A DNA stretch of 40,983 nucleotides, taken from IMG/VR virus record IMGVR_UViG_3300020046_003171, positions 1 to 40,983 of that record. One strand, written 5' to 3'. This DNA is from a virus. Below the pieces are notes generated by a model. It did no database searches. It saw only the letters and a program-made list of their open reading frames with translations, and was not told the DNA's origin. The position numbers and the translations under genes are program-made. This document shows positions 31,172 to 40,983 of the stretch, piece by piece; the stretch's first letter is position 1; each line of letters begins with the position of its first letter.

Positions 31172-32967
31172 TATTCTATCTCCTCTACCGTCCAGGATGA
31201 GGTCATAGGAGCGCCTACGCCAAGAACCTGGGTGTTGTTAAATGTGGCTGTAACTACCCCTACTGCGGTTGCGCACAAAATCCTTAAATCTATATTTTGA
31301 ATGGCTGTGGTTCCAGGGCTGTACACGTACATATAGGTAATAGTTCTCGTGCCCCCAAGACCTACGCCCATATTTGCACTTCCGTGATAAACAAGAGAAT
31401 CAGTGATTTCAACACCATTTATCCATAATGTGTAATAAGAGCCATACTGCTGATTTCCGTTGAGAGAAATAAGAATTCTAATTTTGTTTGCAGCATTTGT
31501 TAGCGTTATTGCAGTTTGTAAAAATGGAATAGAGACATACGCAGCATTTGAATAAACAATATTGTGTAGATTCGAATCTTGGAATGCTAAGCATTGAACA
31601 ATCGCGCCACCACCGCCACCCCCGCCAACCAGCGTTGGTTTCATTGGAAATATCCAGCCAGCGTTTGTTTGATCTGCCTCGAACATGGGTTTGGAGTAGA
31701 ATGGATTTGCAGGCTCGACGGTTGTGATTTGCCCCGCATTTGTCGCGCTCAAGTAATATGGCACACCATTGGTTAATGGGAATGCCGGATTCACAACCCC
31801 GCCAGGAACAGGAGGAACAGTGTCCATTTTGTTGAAGTATCCGACTTCTTGCACCGTGAAATTATCAATATCGATAATTTCAATCATGCCGACACCAAAT
31901 GAGCCTGTTAAATTTGAAGCATTTGCTGGCTCATATTTACCAACGTTCCCGCCACCCGTTTGAGCCTTAACAACAAGACCGTTATACAAGAATCCATGAG
32001 CAGGCTGGTTTACAGACAATATAATAGGATTAGTTGTTGCTGCTGTGATTTCTAAAGGCAGTTGCGGAAGCACCCAGCCAGCTGTCGTATTAGTTGCCTG
32101 GAGCATTGGTTTTTTCCAATGACCAATCGTGGTTGGTTCAATGGTTTGCAATGCGCCAGGCGTTGTTGTGCTTAGCCAGTATTGATTTCCCGGAATAAAT
32201 GGAGAAACTGGCGCAATAAAGCCTGCCATGAATCCTGATTGCTGCAGATAAAATGTATTTAAAGTTGGAGGTGGAACGGCAGCAACGAAGCCTACTGCTT
32301 TTTCTCTTCCTGGCGTAACGCCGTCTGCGAGAGCTAGCGCATAGTGATTTGCGGAGTCATTATAAAGAGCTTGACCAATCGAGAAGCCGTGTCCGTTTTG
32401 CGTAATTAATTCAATAACAGGCTGGCCGTCTCCACCATCTGGCAAATCAGAGAATACTTGTTGCTGACCATTATTTATTATTCCGTCAAACTGCCTGATA
32501 AAACCAGTCTTATCTGTATATGCTACAAATAATGGCAATCTAACTTGGCCGTTTTCTAAATTTTCAACCAGCGTCATTTGACCTGGGTTGTTGGCGCTTA
32601 AGAAGTAAGCGGGACCAACCGTCAAACCAGTAAAGACACCTTCATCAACAAACCCTTCGGTTTGTAATACAAATTTATTGACTGGGTCAGTCGCATCTAA
32701 TCGAATGACAACACCTTCAACCTCTGCCTTCACATCAGTTGTAGAGTCTGCTTTCTGAAACAAACCTGCGGTGTCAATATAAACCCAATCTTGTGGAGAT
32801 AGGCCATGATTTGGCTGCGTAATGGTTACGATGCTACCGCTGCCATTCCCGCCCGTTGGTGCGTTGAACTGGTAATTTTGTCCATTGCGAAGACCGACAA
32901 CAATATCGCCTGCCTGCGTATCGCCGCCGACAACGAATTGACTAAATTTACGCGTTCTAATCGACAT
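31171..32967 (-). CDS. Fibre-like protein (598 aa) with three tandem ~120-aa domains
   Basis: Three repeats are visible: ITQPNHGLSPQDWVY..AYFLSANNPGQMT, ITQNGHGFSIGQALY..QYWLSTTTPGALQT and VNQPAHGFLYNGLVV..PYYLSATNAGQITT. A GGGGGGG linker and a C-terminal beta domain follow. Confidence 0.6.
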   Translation of the reverse strand: MSIRTRKFSQFVVGGDTQAGDIVVGLRNGQNYQFNAPTGGNGSGSIVTITQPNHGLSPQDWVYIDTAGLFQKADSTTDVKAEVEGVVIRLDATDPVNKFVLQTEGFVDEGVFTGLTVGPAYFLSANNPGQMTLVENLENGQVRLPLFVAYTDKTGFIRQFDGIINNGQQQVFSDLPDGGDGQPVIELITQNGHGFSIGQALYNDSANHYALALADGVTPGREKAVGFVAAVPPPTLNTFYLQQSGFMAGFIAPVSPFIPGNQYWLSTTTPGALQTIEPTTIGHWKKPMLQATNTTAGWVLPQLPLEITAATTNPIILSVNQPAHGFLYNGLVVKAQTGGGNVGKYEPANASNLTGSFGVGMIEIIDIDNFTVQEVGYFNKMDTVPPVPGGVVNPAFPLTNGVPYYLSATNAGQITTVEPANPFYSKPMFEADQTNAGWIFPMKPTLVGGGGGGGAIVQCLAFQDSNLHNIVYSNAAYVSIPFLQTAITLTNAANKIRILISLNGNQQYGSYYTLWINGVEITDSLVYHGSANMGVGLGGTRTITYMYVYSPGTTAIQNIDLRILCATAVGVVTATFNNTQVLGVGAPMTSSWTVEEIE

Positions 32968-32971
32968 CGTT

Positions 32972-33346
32972 TTAGGTTCCTATTTGGTAGAACGCAACTG
33001 AAACATCGGCAGCTGCAGCACAGATGAAGTGCAAAACATCTCCAGCATGCACGAGTTTTGCTGGGGGTAGCAACTCAGAAGTAGACGCGGCAAACGCTGC
33101 GCCTGCAGGAACTGCAGCAACTGCACCCACTGCAACATAAACTTTCTTTGCAGCTTCATAGCTGAATACTGCTAATATCTTTGCTTCCGAAGTTGATGGG
33201 AATGTTCCCATCGCGCTAATTGATGGAACGGTTAAAGTCGTATCAGTAGCCACCGCAAGCGTTGCTGTGTATGTGTCATTACAGAATGGCGCGCCGAATC
33301 CGTTTACACCGCAGGCGAAAGAATTAGAATTATATTGAGTTAGCAT
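32972..33346 (-). CDS. Small beta-rich fibre-associated protein (124 aa)
   Basis: Ala/Thr/Val-rich ORF between two fibre genes. Confidence 0.4.
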   Translation of the reverse strand: MLTQYNSNSFACGVNGFGAPFCNDTYTATLAVATDTTLTVPSISAMGTFPSTSEAKILAVFSYEAAKKVYVAVGAVAAVPAGAAFAASTSELLPPAKLVHAGDVLHFICAAAADVSVAFYQIGT

Positions 33347-33358
33347 TTTAAATCCTTA

Positions 33359-35527
33359 TTAGTTAACAACGCCTAAACGGGCATCGGCCGTGTAATGAAG
33401 TCTGATGGAGAATACAACAGGTGTCGTAATATTCGTGTATGGACGCGCGGTTCCCAAAATATCGACCGTGGTGTCGAAGTGGTATATTTTATTACCAGAC
33501 ACACCAGTCCAGTTTGCAGCCGCAACATCCTCGTTTGCAGTGCCTGCACCTTTAGAGAAAACATTAACTGTTCCGCCGCCCGTTATATTTACGGGGCTAT
33601 ACAATTTTAGAGTCGGATTATTTACGCGTTTTGCTGTATTAAACGCAATTGAAAATCCATTGGGCTGCAAACTTGTGTTGCCGGCAGATGGCAATGTTGA
33701 ATTCTGGGCGAAAGATAAGGCATTTACAGAGGTTGCTGTATCTACCGCAGCCGCAGTTTCATAGCTCATTTCATAATAACGCTGGCATTCTCTTAGCACT
33801 TGGTCAGGCGTTTGTGGCGCAGGACGTGTAGCAATATCACCTGCATTCAATGAAACCCAGTCTAAGTTCACCCAGCCTGCCGCAGTGACAGAGTCAAACC
33901 CGATCACGATAGCAAAGAAGGTTGCGGTTCCCACCAAAGGTGCGGAAACGTTATCGGTCCAGCCGGATAAGAATGTTTCGCTGTCTGCAGCGGATAAGTT
34001 AATTTTAGCGGGGCCAGAGAGTCTGCTTAGCTCAGTCCATGTGCCATTTCGCGTAGCAACGGAGCCGTCAGCATTCAATGTGGCGACAATAGAGTTATAA
34101 GTCGCAGGCGCAACGCTTGGTAGGTTTGCGTCCGTTGTTGCCCATAGCGAGATAGTGCCACTGTGCGCGACGTTTGAAGAGCCTTTAATTCCCACTGAGA
34201 CGCGCCCAGAGAGGATGTCGTTAGCTTGTTCTGCACCTAGATACTGAATGACCGCCAATTGCGTGGTGGCGTTTGCAGTCAACCTTAAACCGCCCGCAGC
34301 ATCCACCGAAGCGATTACGCCGTTGGTTGCGCTTTGAAACACAATGGTTTGGTCCCATGCATAGAATGACTTGTTAGCACCCGTAGCGATTGGCCCTACG
34401 GTGTTACCAAATTGCCTTGGGTTCAATCTAAAATCCCAGCCTGTCAAATAGGATGGAATAGGTTTGCGCTGTAGCAATGGATTGTAATAGTGGAACAAAT
34501 GGTCTTGTTGACGATTTACCGTTTCTTGCTCAAAAGCTACGTTTTCTTCTGCGTTGTCCAAGCCAACAACTTGTACGCTGGTTAGCCTTGTCGTTCCTGC
34601 TAATGGCAGTTCGATGACGATATCAACATACCCGTCAGTGGCTGGGCTATCTGGGTTATCACCAATCAATAATTGCGTTGTATCTCTGAATTCTTTATAG
34701 GCACCGCTGTTATTGGTAGCATCTAGAATTGTTTGGCGCGTTCCCGTATTAGAGGGAGCGTAATACATTTTAGCCGATGTCGTGTTGGCTAAGGTAATGG
34801 ATGCTGCGATGTAACCAATATTATTAGCCGAAGTAGATGACCAGATATCAGGATTTCTTGGCAGCCTTTGATAAAGCTCAAAGCTCGTAAGATTAGAGCC
34901 TGCCGTAATCGACAATACATAAGGTGGATTGGTTTGGATATTTTGCGTGCCGGTGATGTCTAGGCGATTAACTGTAATGGAGCCAGCGCCGGCATGGGTT
35001 GCCTTTAAAAACCAACCTGGGGCAATCTCTTGGGTAGTAGTGCTATTCCCAGAATAAGTAATTGTTAGGCCTGTTGTTGTATCAAACAGAACATCTACAA
35101 ACTGAGGGTTGCTTAATTGATTGCTAAAACCGCCATTTCCGCCGCCGTTTGCTGGGTCTAATGAACCCACAACATTCGGCCATGCTTCCCGCACAAATTG
35201 CGGAACGACCATGTCATCTGCGCTGAAGACTTCAACATAGTAAAGCTCAACATTACCATCGGCGTCATAAGGATAGTAATAAACCGCAATGTTATCCTGC
35301 CCTGCATTCTGAAACGTGCCAACCGCACTTAAGTGAATAGGGTTCGGTAACGCCGTGTAGGTGTAGTTAGGGGGCGCGCCAGACAACTGATATACAGGTT
35401 TTGGCGTATTTCTTTGGTCGTCCTCCCAGAAATATACCAACCCGTTAGCGAGCGGAAGACCAGTGAGCTTATCAACAAATAGAGGCTCAAGCGTAGTGTC
35501 GGTGATATATCGTTCATCTAATGCCAT
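33359..35527 (-). CDS. Tail fibre/tailspike protein (722 aa)
   Basis: The N-terminal LEPLFVDKLTGLPLANGLVYFWEDDQRNTPKPVYQ...NPIHLSAVG matches the common fibre/tailspike N-terminal motif. It is the first gene after the ejection proteins. Confidence 0.65.
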   Translation of the reverse strand: MALDERYITDTTLEPLFVDKLTGLPLANGLVYFWEDDQRNTPKPVYQLSGAPPNYTYTALPNPIHLSAVGTFQNAGQDNIAVYYYPYDADGNVELYYVEVFSADDMVVPQFVREAWPNVVGSLDPANGGGNGGFSNQLSNPQFVDVLFDTTTGLTITYSGNSTTTQEIAPGWFLKATHAGAGSITVNRLDITGTQNIQTNPPYVLSITAGSNLTSFELYQRLPRNPDIWSSTSANNIGYIAASITLANTTSAKMYYAPSNTGTRQTILDATNNSGAYKEFRDTTQLLIGDNPDSPATDGYVDIVIELPLAGTTRLTSVQVVGLDNAEENVAFEQETVNRQQDHLFHYYNPLLQRKPIPSYLTGWDFRLNPRQFGNTVGPIATGANKSFYAWDQTIVFQSATNGVIASVDAAGGLRLTANATTQLAVIQYLGAEQANDILSGRVSVGIKGSSNVAHSGTISLWATTDANLPSVAPATYNSIVATLNADGSVATRNGTWTELSRLSGPAKINLSAADSETFLSGWTDNVSAPLVGTATFFAIVIGFDSVTAAGWVNLDWVSLNAGDIATRPAPQTPDQVLRECQRYYEMSYETAAAVDTATSVNALSFAQNSTLPSAGNTSLQPNGFSIAFNTAKRVNNPTLKLYSPVNITGGGTVNVFSKGAGTANEDVAAANWTGVSGNKIYHFDTTVDILGTARPYTNITTPVVFSIRLHYTADARLGVVN

Positions 35528-35528
35528 T

Positions 35529-37427
35529 TTATCTGCCCTCTGTTGCTGTTGCGCTTGCTGTTAGCCCGGCTCGATTGGCTTCATCGAGGAACTTTAATAT
35601 TTCCAGTGCGCTGGATTTTTTATCTTTTCTTGCGGCAGCTTCCCGGAAGGCTTTATCCCATTTACCGCTTGTTATTAACTCAATCGCTGCTTTGTCGTAT
35701 TTCCCGCCAGCAAGATTAGCTAGCTTATTTTTAATTGCCTGGGTTGAGCTTCTTTCTACATCTAATGATGATTTTGCTTGTCCCCCAGCGGTCTTAACGG
35801 TATATGAATTTAGCAAATCTTTAAAAGCACCTTTCATATCGCGCAATTTCATCTGTGATGCTTTGTCGCCCTTTAGAGCGTCATAAAACTGCTTGTACTG
35901 CCTGTCGTTAGCCAGGACATTGTCATAGAAATTACTACCATGATTCCCGGTTTTACCAAGATTCTTTGTGGAAATCTTTCTTTGCATTTCATCTTTGATG
36001 ATGCCTTTCCACGCATCTGGATTTTCTTTCATGAATTCATCGCGAATTTTACCTAGCACCTTGATATCAGTTTCGCTTGGGTCGAATATAATTTTCCCAG
36101 CATTCTTTAATTGGGTGTCTTTGAGATTGGCAATTTTACCGATTTCACCTTCTTTGATGGCTTTAACGGCTGGCATTTCTTCAGAATAAATACTGCGTGC
36201 TTTGTTATATTCAGGGCTTAAGTCGTCAAGCTTGGTGACAAGCTTATCTCTAGATTTTCCAATTACTCTTGCTCTATCGTTCTGCCCCATTCGAGTAGCT
36301 GTGCCAATTTTGTCGTCTAAGCTGCGCTTAACTAAATCCAGAACTTTTACGCTATTTGGCGCATAGCCTTTTAGTTCAGACTTATACTCCGAGCTATTGG
36401 TCACTTTCTCTAATGCTTTTTGGATGTTTCCATCTTTAGTAAGGTTATTGAAGATATTTGGTTTTATCGTTTGGTTTTCAGCTGCCTCATAGAATGGTCT
36501 GGCCTTTTCTTGGAGGGCGCCTGTTTTTTGTTTGATAATATTTTTAGCGCTTTCTCGAAGCTTGTTTGCGCTTAAGTCTTTCCCGGGAGATATTTTGCTT
36601 AGCAGTGAATTAACCGCTTCTCCTTGTCGCTCTTTTTGTCCGCTTTTAAAATCCACCAAAGTTCTTTCATTTTCGGGATTGATACCAAGTCTGCCTTCAT
36701 ATTTTGCGGCGATTGGGCTGCCCGATGCTTCGGCAGGCGTAAGATTGACACCTAGGCGCTTCCCAGATTGAGCATTCTTTAAAGCCTGAGCAAGCTCGTC
36801 ACGGCTAAGGTTTTCAAGCATATCTTCAGCTACTTTGGATTTACTGCCAAAAGCTGAGCGTAAGCCCTGGTATCCCTTGCTGAACGCTTTGCTTATGGCT
36901 GGGGTAGCCGCCCCTAATGTGCTTCCAAAAAATGCGCCAGTAGCCGCATTGGCAAGCCTAGATTCGTTTGGATTAACATCCTGAAGGCCACCAATAGCCG
37001 CGCCACTTGCGCCCTCTCCAAGGATTCCAGCTAGGTAAGGTGATAAAGATGGAAATTTAGATGCAACTGCAGCTGTTCCGGCTCCGGCAAATGGAAGAGC
37101 TATGCCAGCTTGCCCCGTAAACTCACCAAGCTTGGCGGCAAATGGATGGGCTTTTCTAGCTTCATTGTAATCTTCTTCGCGACCCCTCGTTACATCCTGG
37201 AATGCTTTAGAGCCACCAAGGAAGGGTCGAAGCGCCCCTTGAGTTAAACGTTCGACGCCCGTATTAAAGCCCGTTATGCCGGCCATGAAAGGATTCATTG
37301 ATGGTTCTTGTTGGGGCTCCATTGCTTCACGTGGAACATTCTGTGGAACATTCAGTCCCATTTTTTGAGCTTCTTCGCCTGATACTTCGCGAATCTCACC
37401 AGTGCGTTTATTGCGAATTTGAACCAT
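35529..37427 (-). CDS. Internal virion/ejection protein (632 aa, gp16-position)
   Basis: Start set at ATG 37427 (TAATG overlap). Gly/Ala-rich N-terminal third and a helical Lys-rich remainder. The call is positional, by analogy with P22 gp16. Confidence 0.45.
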   Translation of the reverse strand: MVQIRNKRTGEIREVSGEEAQKMGLNVPQNVPREAMEPQQEPSMNPFMAGITGFNTGVERLTQGALRPFLGGSKAFQDVTRGREEDYNEARKAHPFAAKLGEFTGQAGIALPFAGAGTAAVASKFPSLSPYLAGILGEGASGAAIGGLQDVNPNESRLANAATGAFFGSTLGAATPAISKAFSKGYQGLRSAFGSKSKVAEDMLENLSRDELAQALKNAQSGKRLGVNLTPAEASGSPIAAKYEGRLGINPENERTLVDFKSGQKERQGEAVNSLLSKISPGKDLSANKLRESAKNIIKQKTGALQEKARPFYEAAENQTIKPNIFNNLTKDGNIQKALEKVTNSSEYKSELKGYAPNSVKVLDLVKRSLDDKIGTATRMGQNDRARVIGKSRDKLVTKLDDLSPEYNKARSIYSEEMPAVKAIKEGEIGKIANLKDTQLKNAGKIIFDPSETDIKVLGKIRDEFMKENPDAWKGIIKDEMQRKISTKNLGKTGNHGSNFYDNVLANDRQYKQFYDALKGDKASQMKLRDMKGAFKDLLNSYTVKTAGGQAKSSLDVERSSTQAIKNKLANLAGGKYDKAAIELITSGKWDKAFREAAARKDKKSSALEILKFLDEANRAGLTASATATEGR

Positions 37428-38488
37428 TAGCCTACAACCTCCCACTCATCTTCTTGTTCTTCGGGGGTTTCATATTTGCTTAAATCAAATTCTACGGCCT
37501 TTCTTTCTTTGAGGCCCCTTTTGATGTCTTGGGCATAAGCTTCCCATGGCTCAAGCTGCTTTATCATATTATTAATAACAAATAAGTTAGCTTCTTGAGA
37601 GTTTCCGACGTTAGCTTTTGACATCTCTATTATCTTAGCTTTAGCGTCAGTGAAATTTTTTGCACCCAGGCCTTCTCCGCCATACAAAATAAAGTCGTTG
37701 CCTAATTTTATATATTTCTCAACAGCGGCTCGATCTTTCTTATCAAGGAAAGTTTTTGCAATTTTTGAAGTTATGTTCGCGTCTTTCTTTGGATCGATAA
37801 TGATGTTTGCAAAAGTATCCGATAATCCAGGATTATCTTCGGTAAGCTTTTTCATTTCCATCAAGGTATTTTTTGCTTTCTTTACGCTGTAAGCGGCCTT
37901 TAAATCATTTCGCATGCGCTTGGTTACATCTAATTGCTCATTCTTGGGCAAGCTAGATAATGGCACTTCATCTGATACTTGAGTGACATCGGGTATGCTT
38001 CTAATTTGCTGATAAGCTTTATTAAATTCTGGCGAACCTTCGCCATAAATCTTTGCTAAATCATTATAAATCTGCGAATTTTTTCCAGTACTAGCTTCTA
38101 GTCTTCTTGCTTTATCTGCTCGAGCATTAAGAAGATCAATGTTTGCTCTGTGTGTTTCTGGCAAGAATTGAGCTTTTAAGGACAGTAACGATTGTCTTAA
38201 ATCAGATTCTTTTTGTTTTCTTGCGAATTCTTCCGGCATTTGCTGTAGTTGCATTTCAGCAGTTTTAATACCCAAATCACCCTGCTTCAGCTTTTGGTCC
38301 TGAATCTGAGGATAGTATTCATTTTGCATCCCCAATAGTTTATTGCGCAACTCTTCTTGCTGTTGCTGGCGATTCATTATCCCAGGCATTCTTTGGGCCT
38401 TGAAACCTTGAATGGCTTTGCCAATAAGGTCACCCAGTCCATTGTCGACTGTGGGAAGGCGTGAAAAATCGGTAAAGTTAATTGGCAT
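37427..38488 (-). CDS. Internal virion/ejection protein (353 aa, gp20-position)
   Basis: Coiled-coil-rich ORF in the ejection-protein position. Confidence 0.4.
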   Translation of the reverse strand: MPINFTDFSRLPTVDNGLGDLIGKAIQGFKAQRMPGIMNRQQQQEELRNKLLGMQNEYYPQIQDQKLKQGDLGIKTAEMQLQQMPEEFARKQKESDLRQSLLSLKAQFLPETHRANIDLLNARADKARRLEASTGKNSQIYNDLAKIYGEGSPEFNKAYQQIRSIPDVTQVSDEVPLSSLPKNEQLDVTKRMRNDLKAAYSVKKAKNTLMEMKKLTEDNPGLSDTFANIIIDPKKDANITSKIAKTFLDKKDRAAVEKYIKLGNDFILYGGEGLGAKNFTDAKAKIIEMSKANVGNSQEANLFVINNMIKQLEPWEAYAQDIKRGLKERKAVEFDLSKYETPEEQEDEWEVVG

Positions 38489-38497
38489 ATTATTTCC

Positions 38498-39106
38498 TTA
38501 CCACAAAGTCTTACCAAAAGCGCTGGCAGATGGCTGCGTCGCAAATCCTGCGCCACCACCTAGAAGACCGGCGAGCAGGTTGCGCCTTCCCGTTCTATCT
38601 TGGTTACGTTGTTGCTGGCCTTGGAATGCAATCCCAGCTTGTTGGTTTAAAGAGCCGCCTAGTATGTCGCCATAGCCTGTGCTGGCGTTATAACCCTGGT
38701 CTGCTTGATGTTGTTGGCCTGCAAGCCCTGTGCCTTGAATGCCCAAGACGTTCTGTAGCCATTGCTGCATGCTTTCATCCATTAACGCGTTCTGGATGCT
38801 CATTTGTTGTTCTTGGTCATAAGGAAGGCCAGCGAAGCCCCCAGCTGCTGCAGCATTGGAGGCGGTATTCAATAATCGGTTTTCTTTATGCTTGTAACCG
38901 TCGCTCATGCTATATCCATTCATGAGCTCTTGCAGATACTGCATTGGGTCATTAGCCATGCGACCATACATGGCGCCGGATTCCTGGCCTGCTTGTCGAC
39001 CTGCGTCAATATAAGGTTGATAGTACGGCTGCACAGCGCCTGGAATTTGCTGCGCAATCGGCATCGCTCTATCTGCTGGATTCTTCCCGCTGCTAAATAA
39101 TCCCAT
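38498..39106 (-). CDS. Internal virion/ejection protein (202 aa, gp7-position)
   Basis: Gln/Gly/Ala-rich, low-complexity protein typical of podovirus internal proteins. Confidence 0.4.
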   Translation of the reverse strand: MGLFSSGKNPADRAMPIAQQIPGAVQPYYQPYIDAGRQAGQESGAMYGRMANDPMQYLQELMNGYSMSDGYKHKENRLLNTASNAAAAGGFAGLPYDQEQQMSIQNALMDESMQQWLQNVLGIQGTGLAGQQHQADQGYNASTGYGDILGGSLNQQAGIAFQGQQQRNQDRTGRRNLLAGLLGGGAGFATQPSASAFGKTLW

Positions 39107-39114
39107 ATGTTCCT

Positions 39115-39393
39115 CTATGCACTCGTAATGGTTTCAATCGTGGCATTTGTTGTTGTTAGTGGGTTAGCAGCTACGGTAATGAACTGCATTTTCCCAACAG
39201 TGGTGTTCATCCACTGCGTGCCTACCGGCATAATTCTTTCAAACGTGTAGCTTGTAATAAGGGTAACCTGCGCATTCGTGAGATTGGGCAAAGTCCAGCC
39301 GTTATTACTTAAGCTTTCCAATAAGACCTGATTCAGTTGGCGCTGATAATCTTCCTCGTAGGGACCTTTTAGGATGGTTGGAATATCACTCAT
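39115..39393 (-). CDS. Small virion-module protein (92 aa)
   Basis: ATGA-coupled to the nozzle gene. No recognisable family. Confidence 0.4.
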   Translation of the reverse strand: MSDIPTILKGPYEEDYQRQLNQVLLESLSNNGWTLPNLTNAQVTLITSYTFERIMPVGTQWMNTTVGKMQFITVAANPLTTTNATIETITSA

Positions 39394-40983
39394 GCTGTGT
39401 ACTCCAGAACGCCGCTAGTGGCCACTATGCGGCCCATAGACCAGAAGCGTACCTTGGGGGTCCATTCGTTACAGTAACCCATTCTCTGCCATCGTAGGAT
39501 GTTTTGACGGTATCCAAGTGGGCGCATTCTGATGCCTACTGTATTGCTGTAGGTCATGCCGCCATTCTTGGAGAAGCTTAAATCAATACGGCCTCGATGT
39601 AGTTCTCTGATGCAGTCATCAGGGTTGCCGTCTTCTGGAATCACCTGGACATAATCTGACGCATCTTCTGTATATATTCTGTCTTCATCTTCGGTAATCA
39701 TCAGAATCAAGCAATCATCTCGCCCTAAGAAATCATCGTTACCTTGTTCAATTGTGAAGGTAAATGAATTCACGGTGAATGGCGTGCTCTTGGGTGAGCG
39801 AAATGTGGCGCAGATGCGAATACGCTGCATATCGAAGATGTAGCGTGGGTCTTCATCGTCTGCTTGGTCTGGCAGATTCTCATTGATAGTTGTTAAATCT
39901 GTGCTCAGGCGATATAGGGAGCCATTGCGCAATGAGATGAAGTAATTCTCTTGTTCGAAGTAAACAACCTGGCGCATAGGGTGATAGTTTAAATGTTGGT
40001 CGCTTAAGTTAAAGAACTTCTGGACGGTAAAATCGTACATGATCGTCAAATTGTGGCGATTTTGCTCAACTCTGTCAGTGTCAATTAGCACCGGGTCTTC
40101 TTCACCATAGAAGGTTAAGATGTAGAATACGTGACCATCCTGCCTAAAGAATGTAGCTGTCGATTTCTCTGGATTTCTCAAGGAACCCAATAAATAGTCG
40201 ATACCATCCGTTGAGATACGCTGCGCGCCTTGGGCGGTATACACCATAATGGCCGGAGAGTTAGACTCATTAACCCCAAGCCATGCAACATATTCATCAG
40301 ACGAAGCGATGGTATCGACCGATAAACAGCCATAATCCACGTTAACCGAGGAGTTTCTACGATAAGGCAACTCTGCAGGAACGCTGGTGTGAATTTCACT
40401 CACTGTTCGACCAATCACCAATACGTTATTTGCTTGCCCTGGAATGCGTTTAATCGCCAATGCAAAGTCAGGCTTTGTTTCTAATGCCATTGTTGCACGG
40501 TAGGTAATCGTGGTGGCCGTGCCAGGAACATAAGCAAACCATTTGGCACCATTGTTTGTTCTGTCGCGATTACCAAACAAGAAAAACGTATTATGATACG
40601 TTACGTAATTCGGTATTAAATCTGTTCCAAAGTGACCATCCGCCTGAATCGTCAGGTTGGGAGCCATAGAGTGGTTATAAATATAAGCATGCAAGCCATC
40701 AACAATACAAATTTGACTGTTGAGATTCTCATCGATAAATACTTCGCCTGAAGACGTCTCAAGGTTTCCCACCAGAATAAATCCGAGAGTATTAGAGATA
40801 CGGTAAACGGCACTGCTAATAACAGCAAGAATAAAACCGCCCCGGGTACTGGTAAAAGCGCCACGGCCTTCTCCCGATTCAATAAGCTCTAAAACCCTGC
40901 GGTAACCAGCAAAGTTGACAAGCCAGCCATCAGATAGAAACATGTTATATGTTTTTTCACTCGATACTTTAGGATACCGACCA
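39390..40983 (-). CDS. Tail nozzle/hub protein (tail tubular B / gp10-like), window-truncated; full gene is complement(join(39390..40862,1..183)), 551 aa
   Basis: Large beta-rich protein immediately after the adaptor gene. The frame stays open to the window edge and resumes at 121..183 in the duplicated start. Confidence 0.5.
   Translation of the reverse strand, partial: GRYPKVSSEKTYNMFLSDGWLVNFAGYRRVLELIESGEGRGAFTSTRGGFILAVISSAVYRISNTLGFILVGNLETSSGEVFIDENLNSQICIVDGLHAYIYNHSMAPNLTIQADGHFGTDLIPNYVTYHNTFFLFGNRDRTNNGAKWFAYVPGTATTITYRATMALETKPDFALAIKRIPGQANNVLVIGRTVSEIHTSVPAELPYRRNSSVNVDYGCLSVDTIASSDEYVAWLGVNESNSPAIMVYTAQGAQRISTDGIDYLLGSLRNPEKSTATFFRQDGHVFYILTFYGEEDPVLIDTDRVEQNRHNLTIMYDFTVQKFFNLSDQHLNYHPMRQVVYFEQENYFISLRNGSLYRLSTDLTTINENLPDQADDEDPRYIFDMQRIRICATFRSPKSTPFTVNSFTFTIEQGNDDFLGRDDCLILMITEDEDRIYTEDASDYVQVIPEDGNPDDCIRELHRGRIDLSFSKNGGMTYSNTVGIRMRPLGYRQNILRWQRMGYCNEWTPKVRFWSMGRIVATSGVLEYTA
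40863..40983. repeat. Terminal duplication, copy 2 (identical to 1-121)
   Basis: Base-by-base identity with the window start. Confidence 0.95.

Noticed and set aside
38412-38925. Plus-strand ORFs of 87 and 147 aa opposite the 202-aa ejection-protein gene
   Set aside because: They are the antisense of a Gln/Gly-rich gene, with Arg/Cys/Leu-rich nonsense composition, and they break the tightly coupled minus-strand operon.

Overview
The window is a complete, circularly closed tailed-phage genome. Bases 1-121 are identical to 40863-40983, which is an assembly overlap, so the unit length is 40,862 bp. One structural gene runs across that junction. The module order is P22-like and podovirus-like.

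There are four transcription blocks:
1. A late minus-strand block runs from 8422 down to 1, wraps, and continues from 40862 down to 20604. It encodes a small Zn-finger protein, TerS, TerL, portal, scaffold, major capsid, a beta-rich virion protein, adaptor, nozzle/hub and four ejection-type proteins. These are followed by a ~13-kb run of fibre/adhesin-like genes, an SLT-like lysin, a small membrane protein and a terminal HNH-family gene.
2. A plus early block spans 8509-11281. It has a near-consensus sigma70 promoter bracketed by an operator-like palindrome, and it includes a non-canonical tRNA-like element.
3. A minus early block spans 17672-11285. It holds an RHH regulator missed by the ORF track, many tiny translationally coupled genes, a stand-alone primase-type CHC2 Zn finger and a wHTH protein.
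4. A plus block spans 17775-20491 and encodes an Erf-type annealing protein plus a YqaJ-type exonuclease.

No DNA polymerase, helicase, integrase, reverse transcriptase, rRNA or CRISPR array is visible.

The most unusual content is the receptor-binding region:
- Two tandem glycine-rich paralogs.
- A ~113-aa module reiterated five times in one fibre gene and twice in another.
- A shared N-terminal anchor domain on two different fibre genes.
- A ~120-aa domain present three times in one gene and once in its neighbour.

All functional calls come from reading the translated sequence, motifs and gene order. No database search was run.
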